This document shows, in pieces, positions 10,501 to 18,656 of a stretch of DNA of 64,000 bases (positions are counted from its first letter, which is position 1; each line of letters starts with the position of its first letter). Made by a program: the position numbers and the translations under genes. Source of the DNA: an uncultured Flammeovirgaceae bacterium (lineage in GTDB: Bacteria > Bacteroidota > Bacteroidia > Cytophagales > Cyclobacteriaceae). Under the pieces are notes generated by a model that did no database searches, was not told where the DNA came from, and was given only the letters and a program-made list of their open reading frames with translations. The stretch is from the NCBI GenBank assembly GCA_937899105.1, contig CALBPF010000339.1, forward strand, positions 1,267 to 65,266. Reading direction: 5' to 3'.

Positions 10501-13500
10501 CATTATTTGATACAATGTTTGTCTATCAAAACATGGGATTTTCCGACATTAAAACCAACGACTTTAACGCTTCTTGGTATTCATTTGATCCTGGATTCTC
10601 AAAATTTGACCTTTCCATAGAGATTATTGACAATGGAAGCACACTTCACTATGGCTTCGAATATGCTACTGACTTATTTAAAAAAGAAACCATCTTTGGT
10701 CTAATAGATCATTTTGACCGTTTGATTGGCGCAATTCTTAACGATCCAACATGTCAACTGTCTGACTTGTTGGAGCTTACTGCCGCAGAATATGAAAATC
10801 AAATAAGAAAGTATAATGCTTCCCATGCACCATATCCAAAGAATAAGACCATTCATGAATTGTTTAAGGAGCAGGCATGTAAATACAATACTAGCACAGC
10901 TATCTTATTTAATGGCGAGGCCATCACGTATGATCAACTGGATAAAAGCGTTGATAGATTAGCCTTTTCGCTGAGGGAGCAGGGTGTTGAAATAGGCGCT
11001 ATTGTAGGTGTTTTATTTGATCGGTCTCTAGCATTTATAGTAAGTATCCTAGCGGTTATGAAGGCCGGTGGCGCTTATTTACCTATAGATACGGATCTGC
11101 CCATGGGCCGTGTAGAGTATATTTTCAATAATAGTAAATGTGGCTTTGCACTCACATCCGATAGTAACAGTAAGTTGCTGTCCGATCTCATCAATTCCAA
11201 AAACCTCGATCAACACTTAATAACCATTAACGTTGATGAACATGATTTCTTATCCGAACATCAGGCTGAAATAGAAAACATTAATGTAGCTACCGATCTG
11301 GCTTATACAATATATACATCAGGAACAACCGGAGGCCCTAAGGGTGTAATGATAGAGCACAGATCGTTGGTCAATTATATCCATTGGGCGGCAAAAACGT
11401 ATGTAGATGGCCAGGATTCACATTTTCCATTGTTTACTTCCGTTTCATTCGATCTTACTATCACATCGATCTTCACCCCATTATTAACAGGGAATAGAAT
11501 TGTTATTTACGATTCAGATGATATTGCCATCAAGAAGGTGATGGAGGATAATCAGGTTAATGTTATCAAACTGACACCATCACATCTTAAAATCATTAAT
11601 GAGACCCTGACAAATAGCTTCGCATCCAAAAGTAAAGTGAAAAAGTTCATTGTTGGTGGCGAAGCGCTGGATACCTCATTGGCAAGGAAGATTTACGATA
11701 AATTTAATGGGGATATAGAAATTTATAACGAATACGGACCAACAGAGGCTACGGTAGGTTGTATGACCTATTTATTCGATCCTAAAGAAGACTCATTGAC
11801 TGTGCCTATCGGCTTTCCTATCTCTAATGCACAAGTGTATCTTTTGGATGAATCATTTAAGCCGGTCTCCATAGGTATTTACGGTGAGATCTTTGTTTCA
11901 GGAGATGGGGTAGCAAAAGGATATATTTTTAATGAAGAATTAACTTCACAAAAATTTATTCCTGATCCTTTCAGGGAAGGACAAATGATGTATCGGACGG
12001 GTGATGTTGCCAGGCGTCTTTCTTCGGGAGTACTGGAATTTATTCGTCGTAAAGACGAGCAAGTCAAAATTAACGGGTACCGGGTAGAGCTTTCAGAGGT
12101 AGCACATTACCTCAGGAAGTTTGATGGCATAACTGATGCTTTGATAACGGTGCAAAAAGGAGAGCTAAATAATGTAGCGCTGTATGCATACTTTACAACC
12201 AACGAGGAAAAGGAACGGTCTGTAAATGAGTCATCATTGAGAAACTACCTGGCCCAACTACTGCCTTACTATATGGTCCCTGCGCATTTTGCCAGACTTG
12301 AAGAAATTCCGCTTACCCGAAACGGAAAAGTCAACTATGCAAGCCTGCCCTTGGCTAATAATGATGGGAAGTTCAAAAAGCCTGAAAATGATATTGAAAC
12401 TCTTTCAATTGAAGCCTGGGAAAAGGTATTAGGAAATCAATCTTTATCTACTACTCATAACTTCTTTGAGTTAGGTGGGGATTCTATCAAAGCAGTACAG
12501 ATATCTTCGCGGTTAAGAGAAAAAGGAGTTATCATTGAAGTCAGAGATATTCTTACCTATCAATCTATAGACGCTATAAGTCCATATGCCAAAAGGATAG
12601 GTCAAACACGAACCTATGAGCAGGGTGTAATCCAGGGAGAATTTGGCTTGTTTCCAATCGCATCCTGGTTTTTTCATCAAAACTTTAAGAACCCTGATTT
12701 CTATAATCAGTCTGTTTTACTCGATATCAACGATCAACTTAATACACAGCATCTCGAACAAGCCTTTACCTATCTAATTGAATGGCATGATGAACTACGG
12801 ATAAATTATAATCTTGATAAGAACATTTTATTTTACAACACAAAGCACCTTAACAAAAGTTTTGAACTTAATAGCTTTAGTTTATCAGATGCGTCCGAGT
12901 TACCTTTTATCTGTCATAAACTCCGTGATTCCTTTGATATTAAAACAGGCTTATTAATAAAAGCTGCTATTATAAAGGTAAAAGATGATCAGGACGTCAG
13001 ACTGTTTATCGCAGCACATCACCTGGTGATCGATGGCCTGAGCTGGCGTATACTGCTTTCAGACCTTTACCGCATTTATAAAGATATAGAGGCAGGTGTT
13101 TCAATACATATGGCGCAAAAAACGGCTACTTTGATAGAATGGTTTGATGCTTTACAATCTTATCAGTATGCCACCTCGGAGGAAAAATATTGGAAAGATG
13201 TTCAATCGTTAAAATTCAGTATCCCCCAGGATTTTGAGACCCATGATTGGAAAGTAGAAAACCTGGGAAGACTCGGCAGGTCTTTAGAGCAAGAGCAAAC
13301 TGAACTTTTGATTAAGGGAAAACACAACACTTATGGGACCGATGCACTTGTATTGTTAAACGCTGCCCTGGCCATGACACTAGCAGAATGGACAGGTGAA
13401 AAGGTGTTGGTAGTGGAACATGAAAATCATGGAAGACATTTGGAAGGCATTGACGCCTCTCGTACGTTAGGTTGGTTCACAGCATTATATCCTGTTCTAC

Positions 13501-13982
13501 TGAAAATAGAAGAGGAGACTATACCCTCTATTATTAAGTCCGTTAAAGAACAACTAAAACGTGTACCTGGTCAGGGTATTGGATATGGTGTTAGGGCTTT
13601 TATGCATGGGGCTCCCATCAGAACTGACGACTTAAGTTCTGAATTAAGGTTCAATTATCTTGGTCAACTGGATGAGGTAGTGAATAACGATCTATTCAAC
13701 TATAATTCACAATGGTCGGGTATAGAAACCAGTAGGTCGAATCATTTTAGTACAAAATTAGAATGCAATGGTATAGTTGTAAATGGAATATTTTCCCTGG
13801 AAATACTTTATAACCGCAAGGCTCATAAAGACTCTACTATCCAATGGCTAACTGAAAAGTTCTTCAGTTACTTATCGATAATTCTTGATCATATAAAAAA
13901 CGAAGACGACTTACACTTAACTCCTTCCGACTTTGAAACCGCCAATTTGGATCAGCAAGAATTGGATGCATTGTTTGATTAA
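7521..13982 (+). CDS. NRPS-1, lipoinitiation plus module 1: FAAL-T-C-A(Asn-type)-T-E
   Basis: 2153 aa. FAAL: SSGSTGDPKG 8022-8051, WMPLTHDMGLIGF. T: GGNS, Ser codon 9348-9350. C: HHIISDG 9885-9905. A: TSGTTGGPKG 11316-11345, NEYGPTE, NGKVNYASLP; hand-extracted code DLTKIGEVGK. T: GGDSIKAVQ, Ser 12483-12485. E: HHLVIDGLSW 13017-13046. Confidence 0.95.
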   Translation: MTLNKILNERASLIEEGVTFIEQGRKDSFLSYAQLYHKSLKALGYLQEQKIMPGDELIFQIEDNKTFVIIFWACLLGGIIPVPLSIGRNDEQRNKVFKVWNVLNNPYLVMNRNQRTKFKRNINSISKHSRSRKNILKKTFLTDDILNEKNEGIEQEVDSDQIAFIQFSSGSTGDPKGVVLTHKNLSTNVAAISHAAEYSKNDSLISWMPLTHDMGLIGFHINPLLNGINQYIISTDLFIRRPSVWLDKASEYSATVLSSPNFGYKYLMKHCNVAAQNEWDLSAVRIVYNGAEPISLAICEDFLEVMASQGLKRNAMCPVYGLAEASLAVSISGIEDNIISCLLDRNKLNFGDRISEVNDRSGAVNFVNVGKPINDCLVRITNNRNEPVADQTIGHIQIKGDNVTSGYYNNKEATKAVVQTTGWVKTGDLGFIKEGALYITGREKDIIFIHGQNYYPHDIERVAEQVEGVELNKVVVASHLDHDTGKEEVLVFVYHKQGIEKFIPIVHTLKNVINKEIGIEIDKVLPVRDIPKTTSGKLQRYKLVERYKDGYYDNVELQLERVDVQEVTSTNTVEPPANETEKRLLRIWQRVLKDEGLGVTSPFLSVGGNSLRAAEIEMWVLKEFQLDLPASLIYEKGTVRAVANEITTLDAQRYNPIPKVTSQGQYPLTSAQKPLYYGWEANKNSIAYNIPIALLVDRKINEEKLESCIKKIIARHDVLRMSFNTQAEPYSLLHEGIDFTLEYSKIETNELDKELKKRVRPFDLRKLPLFRVELVEIGQDRHILLLNFHHIISDGISVYHFIEELFQLYDGGVIPSLPASYRDYSHWERKILNSETIKLQQEYWLEQLGGELPILDLPTDFSRPAIFSSSGEKIQLCFNNTTNNKLRVLASRYHCSLSELMFTIYGLLIYTYTRQEDIIIGVPVAGRKHPDILSSQGMFVNNLPVRIHIDKSPSFLDVLDNLKTSFHLALANQLYPFEYLVDQVTERRDPSRNPLFDTMFVYQNMGFSDIKTNDFNASWYSFDPGFSKFDLSIEIIDNGSTLHYGFEYATDLFKKETIFGLIDHFDRLIGAILNDPTCQLSDLLELTAAEYENQIRKYNASHAPYPKNKTIHELFKEQACKYNTSTAILFNGEAITYDQLDKSVDRLAFSLREQGVEIGAIVGVLFDRSLAFIVSILAVMKAGGAYLPIDTDLPMGRVEYIFNNSKCGFALTSDSNSKLLSDLINSKNLDQHLITINVDEHDFLSEHQAEIENINVATDLAYTIYTSGTTGGPKGVMIEHRSLVNYIHWAAKTYVDGQDSHFPLFTSVSFDLTITSIFTPLLTGNRIVIYDSDDIAIKKVMEDNQVNVIKLTPSHLKIINETLTNSFASKSKVKKFIVGGEALDTSLARKIYDKFNGDIEIYNEYGPTEATVGCMTYLFDPKEDSLTVPIGFPISNAQVYLLDESFKPVSIGIYGEIFVSGDGVAKGYIFNEELTSQKFIPDPFREGQMMYRTGDVARRLSSGVLEFIRRKDEQVKINGYRVELSEVAHYLRKFDGITDALITVQKGELNNVALYAYFTTNEEKERSVNESSLRNYLAQLLPYYMVPAHFARLEEIPLTRNGKVNYASLPLANNDGKFKKPENDIETLSIEAWEKVLGNQSLSTTHNFFELGGDSIKAVQISSRLREKGVIIEVRDILTYQSIDAISPYAKRIGQTRTYEQGVIQGEFGLFPIASWFFHQNFKNPDFYNQSVLLDINDQLNTQHLEQAFTYLIEWHDELRINYNLDKNILFYNTKHLNKSFELNSFSLSDASELPFICHKLRDSFDIKTGLLIKAAIIKVKDDQDVRLFIAAHHLVIDGLSWRILLSDLYRIYKDIEAGVSIHMAQKTATLIEWFDALQSYQYATSEEKYWKDVQSLKFSIPQDFETHDWKVENLGRLGRSLEQEQTELLIKGKHNTYGTDALVLLNAALAMTLAEWTGEKVLVVEHENHGRHLEGIDASRTLGWFTALYPVLLKIEEETIPSIIKSVKEQLKRVPGQGIGYGVRAFMHGAPIRTDDLSSELRFNYLGQLDEVVNNDLFNYNSQWSGIETSRSNHFSTKLECNGIVVNGIFSLEILYNRKAHKDSTIQWLTEKFFSYLSIILDHIKNEDDLHLTPSDFETANLDQQELDALFD

Positions 13983-14014
13983 AATACTCAAACTATTCTC
14001 AAATAAAACAAATT

Positions 14015-14995
14015 ATGGTAATACCCAGTATCCTTGAGCACGTCGGCAATACTCCATTGGTTTCTGTGAATATGGATGAATTCAAGCACATAAATCTATT
14101 TGTAAAGGTTGAAAGCTATAACCCAACCGGAAGTGTTAAGGACAGGGCCGCTTCATACATACTAGATAAACTCCTTAAGAATGGAACGATAAATTCGGAA
14201 ACCACTATTATAGAATCTACTTCCGGTAATTTTGGAGTAGCTTTATCTGCCTTTTGCAAACATTACAATTTAAGTTTCATTGCAGTAGTAGATTCGCATA
14301 TAACCACAATAAACGAAATGCTGATAAGGTCAAATGGAGCAAAAATCATTAAGGTTACAGAACCTGATAAATATGGAGGATATCTTCTCAACAGGATAAA
14401 AAAAGTCGAAGAACTTCAAAGTAAAATAAACAATTCGTATTGGGTGAATCAGTATGAGAATCCATTAAATGCTAAGGCCTATTATCAATCCCTGGGGAAA
14501 GAGTTATGCTTTCAAATAGAAGAAATGGACTATGTTTTTTTAGGTATAAGCTCAGGGGGAACAATTACAGGGGTTTCTAAGAAGATAAAAGAAAATTTTC
14601 CCCGGGCCAAAGTCATAGCTGTAGATGTAGAAGGTTCTCAAATATTTAAAAATTCTCCGATGAAAAGATACATTCCGGGAATAGGATCGAGTCTTAAGCC
14701 AAAAATAATTGAAGATGCTTTGATCGACGATGTGGTCATCACCGATGAAGTATCTACTATTCAGGCTTGTTATGAACTTCTACAAAAGTATAATTTCTTT
14801 GTTGGCGGTTCCTCCGGCTCCGTCTTTGCCGGAATAAAAAAATTCTTTGCCGATATGCCTAAGGAAAAAGTGAATATTGTTTCTGTTTTTCCTGATAGGG
14901 GAGAGCGTTATTTTGACACAATCTACAACAAGAAATGGGTAGAACGGGTGATTTCAATGAAGCAGGAATCGGCAGTTTCAGCCCTATATTCATAA
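14015..14995 (+). CDS. sbnA: PLP-dependent cysteine-synthase-fold enzyme, SbnA-type (2,3-diaminopropionate biosynthesis, step 1)
   Basis: 326 aa. GNTPLV, NPTGSVKDRAASYIL (PLP lysine), IIESTSGNFGVALS, GISSGGTITG. It sits directly upstream of an SbnB-like gene, which is the diagnostic pairing. Confidence 0.8.
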   Translation: MVIPSILEHVGNTPLVSVNMDEFKHINLFVKVESYNPTGSVKDRAASYILDKLLKNGTINSETTIIESTSGNFGVALSAFCKHYNLSFIAVVDSHITTINEMLIRSNGAKIIKVTEPDKYGGYLLNRIKKVEELQSKINNSYWVNQYENPLNAKAYYQSLGKELCFQIEEMDYVFLGISSGGTITGVSKKIKENFPRAKVIAVDVEGSQIFKNSPMKRYIPGIGSSLKPKIIEDALIDDVVITDEVSTIQACYELLQKYNFFVGGSSGSVFAGIKKFFADMPKEKVNIVSVFPDRGERYFDTIYNKKWVERVISMKQESAVSALYS

Positions 14996-15030
14996 ATTCA
15001 AAATATTAATCTAGAAGTTAACTGAATTCT

Positions 15031-15990
15031 ATGCTGATCCAAGATGATGATAGTATAAGGAGAATTGGTATAAACTGGAATAAGACGGTTCAAGTAATAG
15101 AGAAAACAGTTTTATGCCTTCATTCAAATATTTATGCTCAACCTATAAAACCATATTTAAGGTACGGTGATATGAAAAATCGAATTATCGCTATGCCTGC
15201 GTACGTTGGAGGAGCGGTCAATCTCGCTGGCATCAAATGGATCTCAAGCTTTCCTGATAATATTAAAAAAGGACTTCCCAGGGCACACAGTGTTATAATA
15301 TTAAATGATCCGGATACCGGCGCTCCTATAGGGGTTATTAATACCCCGTTAATTAGCGTTATTCGTACTGCGTCAGTTAGTGGATTAATGATCAAGCATT
15401 TTTGCCGCTCAAGAGAACTGCAAGATGTACACATTGGTATAACAGGTTTTGGACCCATAGGTCAGTATCACTTGCAAATGTGTAAACACCTGTTTGGAGA
15501 TCGTATAGAATCCGTCTCTATCTATGATAAAAGAGCAATAGACCCGCTTTTAATTGGTGATGATCCCAAAATAGGCATCGTAGATAGCTGGGAAAAAGCT
15601 TATACCAACTCCGATATCTTCATCACATGTACCGTTTCAGACACTCCTTATATTGATAAGAAGCCCAAGGAGAGATCTCTTCATCTAAACGTTTCACTTA
15701 GAGATTATAAATCACTTGTTTATCAATGGTTTAAAGATTCTATTATTGTAGATAATTGGGAGGAAGTATGCAGAGAAAAAACGGATATTGAAATGATGCA
15801 CTTGAAAATGAAATTAAAAAAGGAGCAGACAAAATCAATCGTTGATGTTGTTGTAAATGATGTTATAAACGATTTTGAGACTGATGCCCCAATAATGTTC
15901 AATCCTATGGGAATGGCCGTGTTTGATATTGCTATAGGAGGGTTATACTTTCAAGCCGAAAAGAAAGAGATTTTGCACGAAATGGTTTAA
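15031..15990 (+). CDS. sbnB: Ornithine cyclodeaminase/mu-crystallin family NAD enzyme, SbnB-type (2,3-diaminopropionate biosynthesis, step 2)
   Basis: 319 aa. RIIAMPAYVGGAVNLAGIKWISSFPDNIKKGLPRAHSVIILNDPDTGAPI, ISVIRTASVSG, and a Rossmann GITGFGPIGQ motif. Adjacent to the SbnA-like gene. Confidence 0.75.
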   Translation: MLIQDDDSIRRIGINWNKTVQVIEKTVLCLHSNIYAQPIKPYLRYGDMKNRIIAMPAYVGGAVNLAGIKWISSFPDNIKKGLPRAHSVIILNDPDTGAPIGVINTPLISVIRTASVSGLMIKHFCRSRELQDVHIGITGFGPIGQYHLQMCKHLFGDRIESVSIYDKRAIDPLLIGDDPKIGIVDSWEKAYTNSDIFITCTVSDTPYIDKKPKERSLHLNVSLRDYKSLVYQWFKDSIIVDNWEEVCREKTDIEMMHLKMKLKKEQTKSIVDVVVNDVINDFETDAPIMFNPMGMAVFDIAIGGLYFQAEKKEILHEMV

Positions 15991-16067
15991 AAAAAAGAAC
16001 TTGGTAGTTAAAAATATCTTAATTTTATCTTTATAAACTTACCTTATGCAACCATTTTATTTCAATA

Positions 16068-18461
16068 ATGTCTTTTGTACAAAGTATAGCCTTTAATCAT
16101 ATGACACGTCACAACCTTACCTTTATCTATCGTAGCTTTAAGAAAAACAAGAGTTGGTTTTTTATCAATTGGTTGGGCCTTTCTACCGGATTGGTTTGCG
16201 CCTTACTAATTTATTTATGGGTGAAAAGTGAGTTAGGGGTTGATAAATTCCATGAGAATGATGCCAGGTTGTTTCAGGTAATGAAAACAAATGAATATTC
16301 TAATGGTGTTAAAACTTTTGAAATGACCCCCGGTCCTTTAGCCGAAGCGCTGACTGCTGAAATTCCTGAGATTGAATATGCCGTAAATATTTATTCGCTT
16401 CAAAACGGTACAATTATGTTGGAGGATAATTCTGAAATACGAGCCAAAGAGATATTTGCCGGTAAGGATCTATTTAATGTTTTTTCCTTCAACCTGATTG
16501 AAGGGAATGAAGACCAACTGCTGGAAAAAAATGATGCCGTCGTCATTTCTGAAGAGCTTTCACTGAAAATATTTAATACGACAGAAAATGTTGTTGGCAG
16601 AACCATCGATTGGAATCAGGCGGATTTTAGCGGTACTTATCTTATCACGGGTGTATTTGAAAGTACTCCGGAGAATTCGACGCTCCAATTTGATGTAGTA
16701 TATTCTTACGATCTTTTCGCAACAAAGAAACCTGATCAATACAGTTGGGGATACAATGATCCTTTTACCTATGTAGTGTTAAATTCTTCATCCACCTTGG
16801 ATGGAATAGACCAGAAGATGACCCGATTAATAAGGGAAAAAAGTGAAGATGAATCATCAACGCTATTCCTGCATTTATTTTCTGACAAATACCTGAAAGG
16901 AACTTTTGTTAACGGTGTCCAATCTGGTGGCAGAATAACCTATGTTAAACTTTTTTCCATCATTGCCATTGCCATATTGTCCATTGCGTGGATCAACTTC
17001 ATGAATCTATCTACCGCCCAGGCATCTAAGCGACTCAAAGAAGTCGGTATAAAAAAAGCCTTAGGCATAAGGCGCGGAGCACTCGTTTTTCAATTTCTGG
17101 GAGAGTCCACTGTACTGACCATTTTATCGTTGTTTACCGCATTATTATTTGTATTTCTGTTCCTTCCCCAATTCAATTTAATTGTTGGAAAACAACTTAT
17201 CCTACAACTTAATGCCGACCTTGTGCTTTACACTTTAGTTCTCCTTCTTCTAACAGGGCTGATTTCAGGGAGTTACCCGGCATTCTATTTGTCAGGGTTT
17301 AATGCCGTAACCCTGCTTAAAGGTAAGATAGTGACCAAAACAGGTGAGTTGTGGACAAGAAAAGCTCTGGTAGTGTTTCAGTTCTTGGTGTCTGTTCTGC
17401 TTATTGTTTCTGTTATAGTTATCTACTACCAAATCGAATTTATACAAAATAAAAATCTAGGATATAGCAGGGATAATGTTATCTACTTCAAAAAAGAGGG
17501 TAGAATAGCTCAAAAGCTTGAGACCTTTCTGCTAGCAATGGAAAATATTCCGGGAGTAGTAAATGCCACAAGTTTTGCCCATAATCTAACTGGTGACCAT
17601 GGTAAAACTTCTGGCTTGGTGTGGGAAGGCCGTTCGCCTGAAGAGCAAATTGCCTTTAGTTTTATTAACGCCAACTATAACTTCATTGAATTATTAGATA
17701 TTAACGTGAAGAAAGGAAGATCTTTCTCCAGGGATTTTAGTACTGATGATGCAAAGATTATTTTTAATGAGATGGCCATTGAAACGATGGGGCTGGAGGA
17801 TCCAATTGGCAAAATAGTTAATCTATGGGGTCAGGACAGGGAAATAGTCGGCATTGTTGAAAACTTTCATTTCGAATCGCTTTATGAAGAGATTAAACCC
17901 TGCTTTTTCAAAATATCTGATTACGGTGATCATATAATGATCAGAATGGAAGCAGGTACAACACGGCAGACTATTAGCAAGATTCAGAAATTCTTTGAAG
18001 AATATAATAATGGGCTACCATTCGATTTTAAGTTTATAGATGAAGATTATCAGGCTTTGTACGAATCGGAAAACAGAGTTGCTGTCTTGTCCAAGTACTT
18101 TGCTGTGATAGCCATTGTAATATCATGTCTTGGTTTATTTGCATTGGCTGCTTTTACCTCTCAAAAAAGGCTTAAAGAAATAGGAATCAGAAAAACGCTA
18201 GGTGCAAGCGAAATGAGCATTGTGTACCTTCTTTCAAGTAGTTTTACACGGACAGTATCTATTTCACTTATCATTGCACTACCATTAAGTTATTTTGCCT
18301 TGAGAGAGTGGCTTGACCAATTTATATATCGGGTAGACCTGGAGTTATGGTATTTCATATTGGCAGGTTTTATGGCGTTGCTTATCACCTGGTTAACTGT
18401 TGGCATGCAGACCATAAAAGCATCTAAAGTCAATCCTTTGAGTATTTTGAAAGAGGATTAA
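16068..18461 (+). CDS. MacB-like ABC transporter permease with two FtsX domains (Bacteroidota ~800-aa type)
   Basis: 797 aa. N-terminal TM helix (FINWLGLSTGLVCALLIYLW), a large extracytoplasmic domain, a 4-TM block, a second extracytoplasmic domain and a second FtsX block (KRLKEIGIRKTLGAS..). An alternative start is the ATG at 16101. No ATPase gene lies nearby. Confidence 0.8.
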   Translation: MSFVQSIAFNHMTRHNLTFIYRSFKKNKSWFFINWLGLSTGLVCALLIYLWVKSELGVDKFHENDARLFQVMKTNEYSNGVKTFEMTPGPLAEALTAEIPEIEYAVNIYSLQNGTIMLEDNSEIRAKEIFAGKDLFNVFSFNLIEGNEDQLLEKNDAVVISEELSLKIFNTTENVVGRTIDWNQADFSGTYLITGVFESTPENSTLQFDVVYSYDLFATKKPDQYSWGYNDPFTYVVLNSSSTLDGIDQKMTRLIREKSEDESSTLFLHLFSDKYLKGTFVNGVQSGGRITYVKLFSIIAIAILSIAWINFMNLSTAQASKRLKEVGIKKALGIRRGALVFQFLGESTVLTILSLFTALLFVFLFLPQFNLIVGKQLILQLNADLVLYTLVLLLLTGLISGSYPAFYLSGFNAVTLLKGKIVTKTGELWTRKALVVFQFLVSVLLIVSVIVIYYQIEFIQNKNLGYSRDNVIYFKKEGRIAQKLETFLLAMENIPGVVNATSFAHNLTGDHGKTSGLVWEGRSPEEQIAFSFINANYNFIELLDINVKKGRSFSRDFSTDDAKIIFNEMAIETMGLEDPIGKIVNLWGQDREIVGIVENFHFESLYEEIKPCFFKISDYGDHIMIRMEAGTTRQTISKIQKFFEEYNNGLPFDFKFIDEDYQALYESENRVAVLSKYFAVIAIVISCLGLFALAAFTSQKRLKEIGIRKTLGASEMSIVYLLSSSFTRTVSISLIIALPLSYFALREWLDQFIYRVDLELWYFILAGFMALLITWLTVGMQTIKASKVNPLSILKED

Positions 18462-18656
18462 CCTTTGGACATGGCACATTCAATATTGCCGAAACTAATC
18501 GGTGGTAATTAGGAAATAGTAGTAATTTCAAGTCTATAGGAAATCTGTGTTTAATCAGAGCTGTAGACTTGAAACCTCTATAGTCATAATGTATGGTAGA
18601 GTCGACTGGCTCCACATTGTGATTGAAATTAGTCGTTTAACTTCAGACTTTTTTAC

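Noticed and set aside
18526-18574. 11-bp inverted repeat (TTTCAAGTCTA / TAGACTTGAAA) after the FtsX gene as a rho-independent terminator
   Set aside because: The loop is 27 nt, no T-tract follows, and the next gene starts ~80 nt later in the same orientation. This is weak evidence for termination.
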